Source: a virus
Lineage: Duplodnaviria > Caudoviricetes
Length of the DNA: 58,041 nucleotides
IMG/VR virus record: IMGVR_UViG_3300045996_002471
Span: 1-58,041 of that record
Reading direction: 5' to 3' (one strand)
The translations under genes and the position numbers were made by a program. The notes below the pieces were generated by a model, which saw only the letters and a list, made by a program, of their open reading frames with translations, did no database searches and was not told the DNA's origin. Positions 43,641 through 54,142 of this stretch are shown piece after piece (position 1 is the stretch's first letter; each line of letters begins with the position of its first letter).

Positions 43641-46600
43641 CTAGATCCGTGTGCCGCGCAGTAGCGCGTCGGCCGAGTCCTGGTCGTAACGCTCGATGCG
43701 GCCGTCCACGTAGGCGGTCAGACCGTCGCCGCTGATCGCCAACTCGCCGGTGATCCGGCCACCGCCGCCGCCGGACGAGGCGAGGGTGTTCCACTGCTGG
43801 TCGGTCAACACGGGTTCGGGGCGTCCGGTGCCGTTATAGACGGTCGAGTAGCCGGGAGGGATCAGGCCGCCCTGGTCGAACGCCCAGTGCACGTGATCGT
43901 GGTGATCAGCCTGCGTGGGGCCGTCGTAGGTGAACGGGCGGCCGTTGAGGATGTTCGCGCCCGGCGTGTAGATCAACTGGGTGCTATTGGGGTAGACCTT
44001 CGCGATCCACGAGTTGATCGCACCCATCGGTCCGCCGATGTCGATCGCCCGACCCTTGCCGTGGTAACCCGGGTCACCCGGACGGAACGCGCTGTTCAGC
44101 GTGGCCGACGGGAACTGGGCGCGGACGATGTTCCACATCTGCTGCCAGCCCATCGGGCTGCCCCCGGCCGCGCCCGCCGCCGCCGCGGCCTCGTCGTTGG
44201 AGAACCCGAAGAAGCCCTTGATCCTGCCCCACAGCCAGCCCGAGCCGCTGTCGATCAGTTTCCCCGGCGCCCGCGCGACGAGGTCTGCCCACCCGGTCGA
44301 CCCGATCTTCGTCTTGATGAACGCGACCGGGTCCTTCCACAGGTTGACGATGTCGTCGCCGATGCCGGACACCCAGTTCAGGAGGTTCCCGACGATGCCG
44401 CCGTCGGCGAACCGCTGCACCACCCCGCCCTGCGAGAACCCCGCAGGTCCGCCGGTGCCGACACCGCCGTCCGAGCGGCCACCGGAGAAGTAGCGGTTCG
44501 CCCAACCCACGAACCCGGCGCCCAGACCGCGTACCGCCTCCGGGACCAGCCAACCCTCGCCGGGCGAGGCGAGCACCGGGACGCTGTCGACGCCGGGCGC
44601 ATAGCCGGGCAGCACACCGCCGTGCGCCATGTGCCGCATCGGACCGCCACCGCCAGCTGCGGTGCCACCGAAGTTGATAGGAGCGAGTTCACCCAACCCG
44701 ACCAGCCCGGCGACCTTGTTCCACACCGCGCGGATGCCGTTGTTGTAGACGACGTCGATGACCCACTTGATCGGCGTGGACAGGATGTCGTACACCCGAT
44801 CCCACGCCGACTTGATCATGTTGACGGCGACCTCGAACGCGGTGCCCACCGTCGACACCGCCGACTTGACGGCGTCGAACACCGGGCGGATCAGGTTCTC
44901 CCACACCCACGAGATCGCCGCGCCGAGCGCATCCCACGCTGGTTTGATCAGGTTGTTCCACGCCCACACGAACGCGTTCCCGACCGCGGTGACCGCCACC
45001 CCGATCGCCTCGCCGACCGGCTGGATCACGCTGACCCACAGCCACTCGAAGATCAGTCCCCAGCCCTTGACCGCCGCGACGATGAAGTCCACCACCGGCG
45101 AGAGCACGTTGCTCCACAGCCACGAGAACGCGGTCCCGATCGCCGACAGCGCCGGGGAGATCGCGTTCGTCCACAGCCACGAGAAGATCGCGCCCCACGC
45201 CTGGACGTAGGCGATGACGTACCCGATCACGGGCGACAGCACGTTGTTCCACAACCACGAAGCGGCTGCCCCGATCGCCTCGAACACGTACTTCAGCACG
45301 TTCTCCCACAGCCACATGCCGATCGCGGCCAGCAGCTTGAACGCCACCACCGCGGGCGTCACGAAAACGGTGATCAGGATCGCCGCGGCGATCCGGGCCG
45401 CCAGCCAGATCCCCTCGAACACCGGCTTGAGGATCGTGTTCCACAGCCACGACGCCGCCGTGCCGATCGCCCGCCACGCGGTCACAGCCACGTCGGCCAG
45501 CCACACCGCCGCGTCGCCGACCCAGCGGACCGCGGCGGCGATGCCCTCGAACGCGGGCTTCAGCGCGTTCTCCCAGACCCACACCGCAGCCTGCTTGATC
45601 GACTCCCACAGGCCGATCCAGAAGTTCCGAAACCCCTCGGAGTTGTTCCACAGGTAGATGAACGCCCCGACCAGTGCCGCGACCGCGATCACGATGAGCG
45701 CGATCGGGTTGAGCGACATCGCCACGTTCAGTGCGAGCTGCCCGGCGACCCACGCCTGGTACAGGCGGACGATCGTGGCGATGATGGCGTAGCCCTTCAA
45801 CGCCACAGCTCCGGCCAGGAACCCGGCGGCCACCACCGGCAGCGCCGGTCCGAGCCACGTCAGCAGATCCACCAACGGCGGCAGGATCCCCGCAGCCAGA
45901 TAGGCGAGATCCGTAATCAACGGTGCGACCGCCACCGCCGCCGCCGAGAACGCCATCGCGACCCCCGGCAGCTGCGGCCCGATCGCGACGATCCCCGCGA
46001 ACAGTGCGCCGGCCACCGCCTGCAGACCGGGCAGCAGCGCCTTGACCACCTGGTTCAGCGTGGAGAACAACACCGACAAGGCCTCGGTGCCCGCAGTCGA
46101 CTGCAGCAGCGCCCGGATCTCCCCCGTGACCAGGATCAGCGTGCCCAGAATCCCGCCGCCCTCAGCCTGCGCCGCACCGAAAACCGTGTTGATGATCCCG
46201 CCGACCTGCGAGAACAGGACACCGAAGTCCTGGAGCGTGTCCAGGCCCGCACGGATCCACGCCTCGAGTTGACCGGTCGCGCGGGCCTGCGCGATGAACG
46301 CCGCGAACCCCTGCGTCGTGGTGTCGAACCCCATGGTCAGGTCGGCCAGCACCATCGCGCCGACCGCGGCGATGTCCCGCAACGCCGATAGCAGCGGCTG
46401 CGTCCCCGCCGTCAAATGCCCGACCGCCACGGTCGACCGGTCGAAGATGAACGGCAGGTCAGCGACGGTCTGCTGCTGCTTGAGGAACCCGACCACTCCG
46501 GCGGCAGCGACGTTCCAGGCCCCGGCCATCTCCACCAGGCCCTTGTGCGCGGCCGGCAGATAGTCCCCAGACAGGGCCCGCACCTCGCGTGCCACCCCCG

Positions 46601-47468
46601 CGAACAGGCGGGACTGCACATCCAGACGCAGCCGGTCCAACGCGGGCTGCATCCGCACGTACTCGTCCACCAGCGCCCGCGCGGGCGGGGCGAGCTTCGC
46701 GGTCGCCTCGGCCAGCTTCTTCGCGTCACCCTCGGCAGCAGCCTTGAACGCATCCCCCAAGCCGGACACGCCGACCTTGAGCGCAGCCACCGCCGTGCCG
46801 CCCGCGACCAGCACACCGGGCAGCAACAGCGCGGCGCCCGAAGCGGAACCCAGCGCGCCGGCCAGACCGGCGACGGCCGGTACCGCCGACCCGATCGCCG
46901 CTGTGGCCGACGCCGCCCGGTACGCCGAGCCGGAGAACGCCAACGCGTTCTGGCGGGCACCGCGGAACGACTTGGACAGGGCGTCGATGCCCTCGCCCTG
47001 CTGCCACAGCCGGGCCAGCATCGCCGACCCTTGCTTGGCCGACTTCTCCAAGTCGTCCACGGCGGCCTTGTGGCGGCGCTGCGCGGACTCCAGAGTCTTC
47101 GCGGTCTTTGCCGCTTCGACCTGGGCCTGCCCCGAAGTGCGGGTGGCCTTGGCCAGGTTCTCCTCCGCCGCGGCCAGCTGCGCTGCGGTGGCCTTGCCCT
47201 TGGTGCGCAGGTCCTGCAGTCGCTGTTCGGCGACCCGCACGCGGCCGGCCGCGTCGGCTTCCTTGTCGCGGGCCTTGGTCAGCTTGTCGGTCAACGCCTG
47301 AATGTCGCCCTCGGCCTTGTCCGCGGCCTGCTTGTCGACCTGGGGCACGATCCTCGCGACGGCCTTGACGTCGATCGCCTTCAGCTCGGTCGCGGTGACC
47401 TTCTGGAACCCGCGCAGCGACGGCAGGACCTGCACATAAGCGGCACCGGCGAGGTAACGGGCAGCCAC
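43641..47468 (-). CDS. Tape measure protein with C-terminal peptidase-like domain
   Basis: 1275 aa; Trp-periodic repeats; GYHGKGRAID...HHDHVH; GGLIPPG...NGTGRPE. Confidence 0.9.
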   Translation of the reverse strand: MAARYLAGAAYVQVLPSLRGFQKVTATELKAIDVKAVARIVPQVDKQAADKAEGDIQALTDKLTKARDKEADAAGRVRVAEQRLQDLRTKGKATAAQLAAAEENLAKATRTSGQAQVEAAKTAKTLESAQRRHKAAVDDLEKSAKQGSAMLARLWQQGEGIDALSKSFRGARQNALAFSGSAYRAASATAAIGSAVPAVAGLAGALGSASGAALLLPGVLVAGGTAVAALKVGVSGLGDAFKAAAEGDAKKLAEATAKLAPPARALVDEYVRMQPALDRLRLDVQSRLFAGVAREVRALSGDYLPAAHKGLVEMAGAWNVAAAGVVGFLKQQQTVADLPFIFDRSTVAVGHLTAGTQPLLSALRDIAAVGAMVLADLTMGFDTTTQGFAAFIAQARATGQLEAWIRAGLDTLQDFGVLFSQVGGIINTVFGAAQAEGGGILGTLILVTGEIRALLQSTAGTEALSVLFSTLNQVVKALLPGLQAVAGALFAGIVAIGPQLPGVAMAFSAAAVAVAPLITDLAYLAAGILPPLVDLLTWLGPALPVVAAGFLAGAVALKGYAIIATIVRLYQAWVAGQLALNVAMSLNPIALIVIAVAALVGAFIYLWNNSEGFRNFWIGLWESIKQAAVWVWENALKPAFEGIAAAVRWVGDAAVWLADVAVTAWRAIGTAASWLWNTILKPVFEGIWLAARIAAAILITVFVTPAVVAFKLLAAIGMWLWENVLKYVFEAIGAAASWLWNNVLSPVIGYVIAYVQAWGAIFSWLWTNAISPALSAIGTAFSWLWSNVLSPVVDFIVAAVKGWGLIFEWLWVSVIQPVGEAIGVAVTAVGNAFVWAWNNLIKPAWDALGAAISWVWENLIRPVFDAVKSAVSTVGTAFEVAVNMIKSAWDRVYDILSTPIKWVIDVVYNNGIRAVWNKVAGLVGLGELAPINFGGTAAGGGGPMRHMAHGGVLPGYAPGVDSVPVLASPGEGWLVPEAVRGLGAGFVGWANRYFSGGRSDGGVGTGGPAGFSQGGVVQRFADGGIVGNLLNWVSGIGDDIVNLWKDPVAFIKTKIGSTGWADLVARAPGKLIDSGSGWLWGRIKGFFGFSNDEAAAAAGAAGGSPMGWQQMWNIVRAQFPSATLNSAFRPGDPGYHGKGRAIDIGGPMGAINSWIAKVYPNSTQLIYTPGANILNGRPFTYDGPTQADHHDHVHWAFDQGGLIPPGYSTVYNGTGRPEPVLTDQQWNTLASSGGGGGRITGELAISGDGLTAYVDGRIERYDQDSADALLRGTRI

Positions 47469-47475
47469 GGAGGCG

Positions 47476-48248
47476 TCACCTCCCCGGCAGCACGCGACTC
47501 ACGATGTCCAGATGGGTGTGGTAGTCCGCGCGGCGGGACACACGCTGTGCCGCGGTCATCGGCCGCGGCGACGGTTTGGGCCGGATTGGGTTCTTGCCCT
47601 TTGGGCGTTGCGAGTTGGCGATGGCCGCCTCGACGCGGGCGATCCCGTCGCGCAGTTCGGCGCGCAGTTCCTCGAGCGGATCCCACTCACGTAGCCGCAG
47701 CCGCCCGCCCCGACCACTGTCGCCCCGGGCGGCGTGGGCGAGTTCAGCGAGCTCGTCGTCGTCGGCCAGGCCGAGCTTGTAGTTCGACCACTTCGGCAGC
47801 CGGTCGATCAGCCGGTACAGCTTCCCCCACGGGTAGACCCCCCGGAAGAAGTCCAAGAGGTCCAGCCCGAGGTGGTCGTGCAGGTCGTACTCGATGGCCT
47901 CGCCGGCGCGTTCTAGGAGCGCCGCGAGGCCCGAGAACCCCCCGGCGGCGCCTGCTCCGGGGTGATGCCGAAGTGACGCATCATGTCCTGCACCAGTGCC
48001 GACATCGCCCCGGCCGGCGCCGGTCCGAGAAGCTCGAGTACTTGGTCGGCGTGCTTGCCGCACAGCAGTTCGATGTTGGTCCGGGAGGAGCCGGACTCTT
48101 CGACCTCCAGCATGGTGTCGCCGTCGGGGCATTCGATCTCGATCGTCATCGGCACGCCGTCGAGGTGCTCGTCGCCGTCGATCTCGAGCACGAACGGCGG
48201 TTTCGTCGCCTCGCGCACGTAGTTGCTGAACTTGTGCGTCTTGCCCAC
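47476..48248 (-). CDS. Tail assembly chaperones G (47913-48248) and GT (-1 programmed frameshift)
   Basis: Slippery GGGGGGTT at 47943-47936 joins PPGG to GFSGLAALLERAGEAIEYDL; lies between MTP and TMP. Confidence 0.8.
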
Positions 48249-48283
48249 GGTGTTCCTCCGGGTGTGTGGGTAGGTGGATCAGG

Positions 48284-48595
48284 TCAGGTGTTCGACGACG
48301 CGCCCGTCGAACCGGCCGCCTTGCCGCCGGTCTTCGGCGCCGCCTTCGTGGTGCTGCCGACGTCCGGGGTCGACGGCGCGCCCGTGCCCTCCGCCGACCG
48401 GTCCGCCGTGTCCGCCGCGGCCTGGACTGCGGCCTCCGGGTCGCTGTCGCCCTTGAGGCGGTAGCCCTTGCCGTAGACGAGGTTGTTGACCGCCTCCGGG
48501 CTGCGGACGGTCACCTCGCCGCCGTGCGGGTCGACCAGCACCACACCGTCCTCGGCGTCGTGCTGCTGCGTTTCGCTGGTGGTGTCGTCGGCCAC
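48284..48595 (-). CDS. Hypothetical virion-region protein
   Basis: GGAGG RBS + GTG. Confidence 0.55.
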   Translation of the reverse strand: MADDTTSETQQHDAEDGVVLVDPHGGEVTVRSPEAVNNLVYGKGYRLKGDSDPEAAVQAAADTADRSAEGTGAPSTPDVGSTTKAAPKTGGKAAGSTGASSNT

Positions 48596-48683
48596 GAGGC
48601 CCTCCACGGTTCGAGAACGGTCCGGGTGAGGACATGCCGGGCGGGGTGGCGCGCGACACCCGGTGCGCGCGCCACCCCACGTC

Positions 48684-49346
48684 TCAGACCAGCGCCGGGA
48701 ATCCCATCGCGACCAGCAGCGACCGCCACCCCGGCCCGCCGAAGAAGTGCCGCACGCTGTAGCCCGCCGTCGAGTCGACCGCCGCCGACATCGTCATCTG
48801 GTAGGCGACCGGATCGTCCCCGTCGGTCCACACCTGGTCCCCGCGTTCGGTCACCGACGCCCGCGGCAGCAACCGGCCCACGTAGATGGCGTCCGTACCT
48901 GCCCCGTCCACGAAGATGCCGTAGGCGCGGTAGTACTTCGTCGACGGCCGGGTCGGCTGGGAGAACGCGATCTCACCGGTGATCGCGGTCGGCGTCACCC
49001 CGGACAGGTCGACGTCGTAGTACATCTGCAGGGTCTGCAGCTTGGTTTCCTGGGCGGTGAACTGCAGCCCGTTCACGTCGCTGTTGATGTCGCGGCGGGT
49101 GGGGTCGAACGCGCCCCACGACGTCACCTCCGACACCTCGGTGCTGCGGGACCAGGTGGCGCCGTCGTCCTTGGACACCCAGCCGATGTCGTCGTACCCG
49201 GCGGGCAGCGCCGCCAGGTCGGCGCCCGCGCCGGTGGTGAGGGTCGCGGGCAGCGTGCTGGTCATCGGCGCGAAAAACAGGCTGCCGGCCAGCGCCTTGC
49301 GGATCAGTTCGACCTGCTTGTTCGCCAGGTCCTCGTATGCGGGCAT
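48684..49346 (-). CDS. Major tail protein
   Basis: DIGWVSKDDG; SWG..P.RRD; FGGPGW; synteny. Confidence 0.85.
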   Translation of the reverse strand: MPAYEDLANKQVELIRKALAGSLFFAPMTSTLPATLTTGAGADLAALPAGYDDIGWVSKDDGATWSRSTEVSEVTSWGAFDPTRRDINSDVNGLQFTAQETKLQTLQMYYDVDLSGVTPTAITGEIAFSQPTRPSTKYYRAYGIFVDGAGTDAIYVGRLLPRASVTERGDQVWTDGDDPVAYQMTMSAAVDSTAGYSVRHFFGGPGWRSLLVAMGFPALV

Positions 49347-49425
49347 CCCGCGGCCTCCCTATCGGGTTCGGGGCGTGGTGAGACGGCCCCGTGAACAGCG
49401 GGGCTGAAAAGACTCGGATGAGGTG

Positions 49426-49836
49426 CTACTGGGGGCGCGGCCTGCGCCACGCGAACCGGAACGTGCCGACCTTGCGCCGCAGGTCCGGGTTGTCGTACGG
49501 GACCCGCACCGGCGAGCTCGCCGTCTCCGCCTTGTCGATCAGCACACCGGTCGGATAGTCCTCGGTGACGACCTTCGTGTTCGGTGCCGCCAGGATCGTC
49601 ACCAGGCAGTCCCGGGCGAGCTTGCGTGCCGTGTCGTAGGTGGTCGCGAAGCAGGCGACCTCGACGAGCGGCCGGTCGGTGATGCCGTCGTCCTCACCGC
49701 CCACCCGGGCGACCTGGATGACCGGTGTCTCGTCCTCCAGGTCGGCGTCGGTGGAGGTGGTGGTCGGTGCGCGTTGGGCGAGCAGCGCCATCACCACGTC
49801 CTCGGCGTCCGGGAACGGCGGCAGCTCGGCCGCCAT
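49426..49836 (-). CDS. Tail terminator
   Basis: FPDAE; IQVARVGG.DDG; synteny. Confidence 0.75.
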   Translation of the reverse strand: MAAELPPFPDAEDVVMALLAQRAPTTTSTDADLEDETPVIQVARVGGEDDGITDRPLVEVACFATTYDTARKLARDCLVTILAAPNTKVVTEDYPTGVLIDKAETASSPVRVPYDNPDLRRKVGTFRFAWRRPRPQ

Positions 49837-50153
49837 CAGCCCGCCTCGATGATCGGGATGGAGGACCGCAGGGCGTGGTCACCGCCGCGTTTGTTACGAC
49901 CGAACTCGGCCGGTGCGGAGTGGTCGGAGTCCGCGATGATGTTCGCGCCGACCCTGTCCTTGCGCAGCCCGGCGTTGCGGATGCGTTCGACGTGGATCGA
50001 GTCGGCGTGTGCCCCGGTGAGCCTGCTCGCCCGGCCGCGTGCGTGCGCCGCGCCCAACTCAGCACGTTCGGCCACGAGGTCGGCGAGCTCGTCGGACTGC
50101 AGCAGAGGACGCAGGCCGACGCTGTTGGGCCGATAGTCGGTGATGCGTGCCAT
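49836..50153 (-). CDS. Neck/tail completion protein (HK97 gp10-like)
   Basis: TGAHADSI; AEFG; synteny. Confidence 0.65.
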   Translation of the reverse strand: MARITDYRPNSVGLRPLLQSDELADLVAERAELGAAHARGRASRLTGAHADSIHVERIRNAGLRKDRVGANIIADSDHSAPAEFGRNKRGGDHALRSSIPIIEAG

Positions 50154-50500
50154 CAGCCCTCCACGTTCTTCAGCACGATCTCGACGCCGGGTGTCCACCC
50201 GGTGTACGGCGACGTCCACGAGCCGGGTTCGCCGTCGACGTGGTAGCGGGTGCCGTCTGGCAGCACGACCTCGTCGGTGGCCTTGATGTCCGCGCCGAAC
50301 GGTGCGAGCAGCACGAGCCCTTCGGTGATGGTTTCGCGGGCGGCCAGTTGCTCACGTGCGGCGTTGCCGGATCCCCGCGGGTACACCGCGCAGCCCGACA
50401 CCAGATGCTCGCTGCCCGCGCCAGTCCGGTCGCCCCAACGGTCCTTCACAGCGGGCCGCTTCACGACGACAGTGACGGTATGGGTGAACCCGCTGGTCAC
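50153..50500 (-). CDS. Head-to-tail stopper
   Basis: DRWGD; CAVYP; YHVDGEP..W.SP. Confidence 0.75.
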   Translation of the reverse strand: MTSGFTHTVTVVVKRPAVKDRWGDRTGAGSEHLVSGCAVYPRGSGNAAREQLAARETITEGLVLLAPFGADIKATDEVVLPDGTRYHVDGEPGSWTSPYTGWTPGVEIVLKNVEG

Positions 50501-50949
50501 CAGTGGTCCTCGGGTTCGGGCCCGTTGGACCGGATCACAGGTTCGGGATGGCGGGGCGACCCGGCCAGGTACGGCAGGGCGTCGTCGACCATCTCCACCG
50601 ACACGGGCCCGGACCGCAGACCGAGTCGCCGCCGGTCATCGCGGGTCAAGTACAGCTTCCCGGACGCCACCGCCTGGTCGACCTGGACCGAGAACGGCCC
50701 GGCGGACTGCTGCGCCACCCCCGCAGGGTTGCGCAACACCCGCAGGACCATGTCGCACACCACCAGCCGCACCAGCGCTGCTGTGGTGTGTCCGGCGGCT
50801 ATGTGCGCGGCCACGTCCCGACCGCGCACATAGCTCGCCACGATCTCTTCGGCGTTGTCGAGCTTCTGCTGCAGCTTGTCGTCCTGGTCCTCGGCGAGAG
50901 TTCCTTCGAACTCCAGCCGCAGGTCCTCGAGGGAGGCGTACACCGACAC
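50497..50949 (-). CDS. Head-to-tail adaptor
   Basis: YAS.EDL; VCDMVLRVLRNP.G..QQSAGPFS. Confidence 0.85.
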   Translation of the reverse strand: MSVYASLEDLRLEFEGTLAEDQDDKLQQKLDNAEEIVASYVRGRDVAAHIAAGHTTAALVRLVVCDMVLRVLRNPAGVAQQSAGPFSVQVDQAVASGKLYLTRDDRRRLGLRSGPVSVEMVDDALPYLAGSPRHPEPVIRSNGPEPEDHW

Positions 50950-50978
50950 GATCGACCTCCCTGAACGTCAAGCCGCGG

Positions 50979-51236
50979 TCAGGACAGGGGCTTCCACTTC
51001 GACCGCACCGAGTCCGCCGCGCCGGACGGGGGCGTGTCCTGCGCCTTCGCGGTGCTGCCGGTCACCCCGGCGACGGTGTAGTCGTCCCGGTTCTTCTCCG
51101 GGTGCGCCTCGCCGACATAGCCGTACTCGGGGCCGTCCGCCGGGGCCACCACGTTCGCGGCGGCGTCCGTCTGCAACGGCTTGGCCTGCTCGTCCGTCGC
51201 CTGGTCGGTGTCGGTGGTCTTACGCTGGGTTGCCAT
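50979..51236 (-). CDS. Small hypothetical head-region protein
   Basis: GAGG RBS; GYVG...YTVAGV. Confidence 0.55.
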   Translation of the reverse strand: MATQRKTTDTDQATDEQAKPLQTDAAANVVAPADGPEYGYVGEAHPEKNRDDYTVAGVTGSTAKAQDTPPSGAADSVRSKWKPLS

Positions 51237-51250
51237 CAGGTCAGTTCCTC

Positions 51251-51661
51251 TCAGCTCGACGCGGTGCGGGACACCGTGACCCGCACCAACCCGCCAGGGT
51301 CGGCGATACCGGTGCCCACGGCCACGGACCGCCACTGCAGGACGTCGCCCTCGGCGATCACCAGGTCGGCGGCGGTGGCCGACAGCGGGATGGTCTTCTG
51401 GTCGTTGGCCGTGGCGTTGACCCCGGACGCGAAGTTCAGCGTCGCGATCACCGTCGTGCCGGACCCGGCCTGTCCCTTGTTGACCAGGGACACGGTGCGG
51501 TTGTTGGTGGCCGCGCCGGTGATCGCCGCCTCCGGGATGTACTCCACGGCGGTCACGGTCCCGGCGAACGGCGCCTGGGTGAGGACGGAGTCGTCGGAGT
51601 TCCCCGCGGTGCTCACGGCGGGTACGTCGGCCTCGATCGGCCGGATGAAGGGTGCGCTCAT
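51251..51661 (-). CDS. Capsid decoration-like protein
   Basis: Thr/Ala/Gly-rich beta protein after MCP. Confidence 0.6.
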   Translation of the reverse strand: MSAPFIRPIEADVPAVSTAGNSDDSVLTQAPFAGTVTAVEYIPEAAITGAATNNRTVSLVNKGQAGSGTTVIATLNFASGVNATANDQKTIPLSATAADLVIAEGDVLQWRSVAVGTGIADPGGLVRVTVSRTASS

Positions 51662-51678
51662 CGCTGCGTCTCCTCGGC

Positions 51679-52635
51679 TCAGAAGATCATCGCGGCGGCC
51701 GGGTACCGGGTCGCGTCGTTGGGGTTGTCGTCGTTCAGGGTGTTCGCGACCTGCCAGCCGACCCGGAACTTCACGCGCATGGCGACCATGTCCTGCTGGG
51801 CCAGGTTGAACACGATCGCGCCGGTGTTGTCCTGGATGACGGCCTGGTCGAGCATCTTGAAGCTGATGTCCTGCCGGACACCGACCTTGAACTCGTTGGC
51901 GAAGTCCCCGGCGAACAGTCGCACGTTGGTGCCCGCGCCGCCACTGGTCGACCAGGCGCCGCGCATCGGGTAGGCGACCGGCGCCCCGTCGATGGTGGAC
52001 AGGTCGCCGGACACGCGGCCGACGTCGAGCTTGCGGCCCTGCGTGTCCCGCGCCGCACGCAGTCGGCGCCGCGCGCCGCGGGAGGCGACGAAGCCGGTGA
52101 CGTCGAAGCCGTCCTCTTCGACCGCGCCGATGAGGTTGTCCAGGTCGCCCATGTAGCCGCCGGCGGCGGCCGTCGCGGTGCCCTCGGTGACGGTGTTCCC
52201 GGCCGCGATCGCTGCGGCGAGGACGTTGGTCGGGAAGCTCGCGGGCGCGTTCGTGCCGAAGAACACCGCGGTGTCCAGGGCCTTGTGGAACGCCTCGACG
52301 ATGTACGGCTCCGAGGTGTCCCAGATGTCCATCTCCATGTCGGCAACCACGTTCTCCGGGACCGGCATGATGATCGCCAGCTCCTCGATGGTCATGAACT
52401 TGTTCGCCCATGCCATCTCGGTGGTCTGCTTCAGGCCGGTGTCGCCGGTGACCCACTGCGCAACGGGCAGCGCCGACAGGATCGGGAACCGCACCTGGTT
52501 CCGGGACACCGGCACCCGACCGAACAGGTCGAGCACGGCGGAGCCCTGCGTGTCCTTACCGAGCATCTCCCGCGAGACCTCTTCGGGGATCGTCGACTCG
52601 ACGTCCGCCCGAGTGGTGATGTTGTTGTACGGCAC
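51679..52635 (-). CDS. Major capsid protein (HK97 fold)
   Basis: IPEEVSREM; EELAIIMPV; LDTAVFFG; FAGDF; NLAQQDMVAMR. Confidence 0.9.
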   Translation of the reverse strand: MPYNNITTRADVESTIPEEVSREMLGKDTQGSAVLDLFGRVPVSRNQVRFPILSALPVAQWVTGDTGLKQTTEMAWANKFMTIEELAIIMPVPENVVADMEMDIWDTSEPYIVEAFHKALDTAVFFGTNAPASFPTNVLAAAIAAGNTVTEGTATAAAGGYMGDLDNLIGAVEEDGFDVTGFVASRGARRRLRAARDTQGRKLDVGRVSGDLSTIDGAPVAYPMRGAWSTSGGAGTNVRLFAGDFANEFKVGVRQDISFKMLDQAVIQDNTGAIVFNLAQQDMVAMRVKFRVGWQVANTLNDDNPNDATRYPAAAMIF

Positions 52636-52685
52636 GGTCTACCTCCAGATTCTGCGCACAGCGGTCCGGCCGTGCCGCTGGCTGA

Positions 52686-53288
52686 TCAGCCGATCCCGAC
52701 GGAACGTCGGATCAGCGCGTTCATGTCGCTCGGCTGCTTGCCGCCGGACTTGCCCTGGTCGGGATCCGGGGTGGGGCGACCCGCGGCCTTGCGCAGCGCA
52801 CCGACGATGCGGCCGATGGCCTTGTCGTCCGGCTCGCCGTCCTTGAGCAGTCGCTTCGGGTCGAGCTCGTCGAGCAGTTCCTGCACGTCGTCGGCCTTGA
52901 TGCCCGACTCCGCGAGGCCACTGCGCACCCGTGTCAGCGCGAGCTGACCGGCGCGCTTGACGTCCCGCTCGTCGCGCTCCGCCAGTGACCGCTGCATCTC
53001 CTCGACCTGCTGTTGCAGCGTCGTGGCCTGGTTGGCGGCACCCTTATTCTCCCGGGCGCGCTGCTCCCACGTGCGGGCGTGCCCGAGCCGTTCCTTGACC
53101 TTCTGCGGCGACAGGCCGACTTCCTTCGCGAACGCCTTCCAGTCGTCGGCATCCCAGTCGTCCGTGGCGGTCGTGTTCGCGGTTCCCGTTCCGGTCCCCG
53201 CGGTGTCCGTCGATCCGGCCGACTTCGCCGCCTCGTTGCCCTGCTGGCCGCCGTCTGCGGGCGCGCCAGTACCAGCCTCAGTGCTCAT
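52686..53288 (-). CDS. Scaffolding protein
   Basis: ARTWEQRAREN; PDPDQG; upstream of MCP. Confidence 0.8.
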   Translation of the reverse strand: MSTEAGTGAPADGGQQGNEAAKSAGSTDTAGTGTGTANTTATDDWDADDWKAFAKEVGLSPQKVKERLGHARTWEQRARENKGAANQATTLQQQVEEMQRSLAERDERDVKRAGQLALTRVRSGLAESGIKADDVQELLDELDPKRLLKDGEPDDKAIGRIVGALRKAAGRPTPDPDQGKSGGKQPSDMNALIRRSVGIG

Positions 53289-53293
53289 GTGTG

Positions 53294-53328
53294 CTCCCGT
53301 TTCGGGATGAACCCGCGCCCGTTCCGGG
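53294..53328 (-). promoter_or_regulatory. Double-hairpin leader motif overlapping scaffold RBS
   Basis: CTCCCGTTTCGGGATG-N8-CCCGTTCCGGG; repeated at 57931. Confidence 0.6.
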
Positions 53329-53338
53329 CACGGAAACC

Positions 53339-54142
53339 TCAGGAAGGCAGATCCGCCTTCGACGTGAACCGGTCACGCGGCCGCACCAACAGGACACCCA
53401 GCTCGCCGTGCTCCGCCGACATCGACACCATCAGGTCCCGATAGTCCGGAGCCCGGCCGCCACGGTCCTCCTTGCCGGTCAGGTCCTTCACCGCCGCGTG
53501 CACCTGCTCCAGCAGGCCTGGGGCGATCACCTGGCCAGGGTCGCGGCCGAACACCGCCAGCACGTAGCAGTCACAGCCCGGATGGATCGGGTTGAGCTCA
53601 CCGATCGTGTAGCGCTGCGTCGACGCGATCACGCACAACCCGCAGTTCTCCAAGCCGGACAGCATCCGGCGCCAGAACCGCGGGCGTGCCGACTCCGGCA
53701 GGCCTTGCAGCGCCGCGCGGGTGGCGTGCGCGTAGGTCTGCTGCAGGTCCATCTCGGCAACCTCTTCGAGCCGCACCCGGCCCAACTCGACCGCCGCGGT
53801 CAACGGCCTGCCCTTGGACAGCGCGTTGTAGACCGTCGCGAACGGGCGCTGATACACGGCGTCCGCGTCGATGTCGCGCCGCAGATTCACTGCCTCGCCG
53901 TCCGGCACACCGGGCGCCGCGAACACGGTCCCTAGCGCCTCACCGGCCTGCGCGGCGACGAACGCCGCCGTCAATGCCGCCAACCCGCGCTGGCTGCCCT
54001 CGACCAGCGGCACCGCCTGCTTCACGAACCGCGCCGCGTCGGCGTCCCGCCACGACCCCAACCCCAAGAACAAGCGGGCCAGCGTCGTGACCAGCCGCAT
54101 CGACAAGCTGCGGCGCAGCACCGCGAACTGCTCCGGCGTCAC
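53339..54142 (-). CDS. MuF-like minor head / capsid maturation protein
   Basis: CGLCVIASTQRY...IHPGCDC; between portal and scaffold. Confidence 0.75.
   Translation of the reverse strand: MTPEQFAVLRRSLSMRLVTTLARLFLGLGSWRDADAARFVKQAVPLVEGSQRGLAALTAAFVAAQAGEALGTVFAAPGVPDGEAVNLRRDIDADAVYQRPFATVYNALSKGRPLTAAVELGRVRLEEVAEMDLQQTYAHATRAALQGLPESARPRFWRRMLSGLENCGLCVIASTQRYTIGELNPIHPGCDCYVLAVFGRDPGQVIAPGLLEQVHAAVKDLTGKEDRGGRAPDYRDLMVSMSAEHGELGVLLVRPRDRFTSKADLPS

Noticed and set aside
44700-45700. Periodic CCA-containing repeats as a DNA repeat element
   Set aside because: They encode the normal Trp-periodic repeats of the tape measure protein
43887-48464. Long plus-strand ORFs of 834 and 682 aa
   Set aside because: Antisense shadows of tape measure and chaperone genes, expected in GC-rich DNA; Arg/Pro-rich with no motifs
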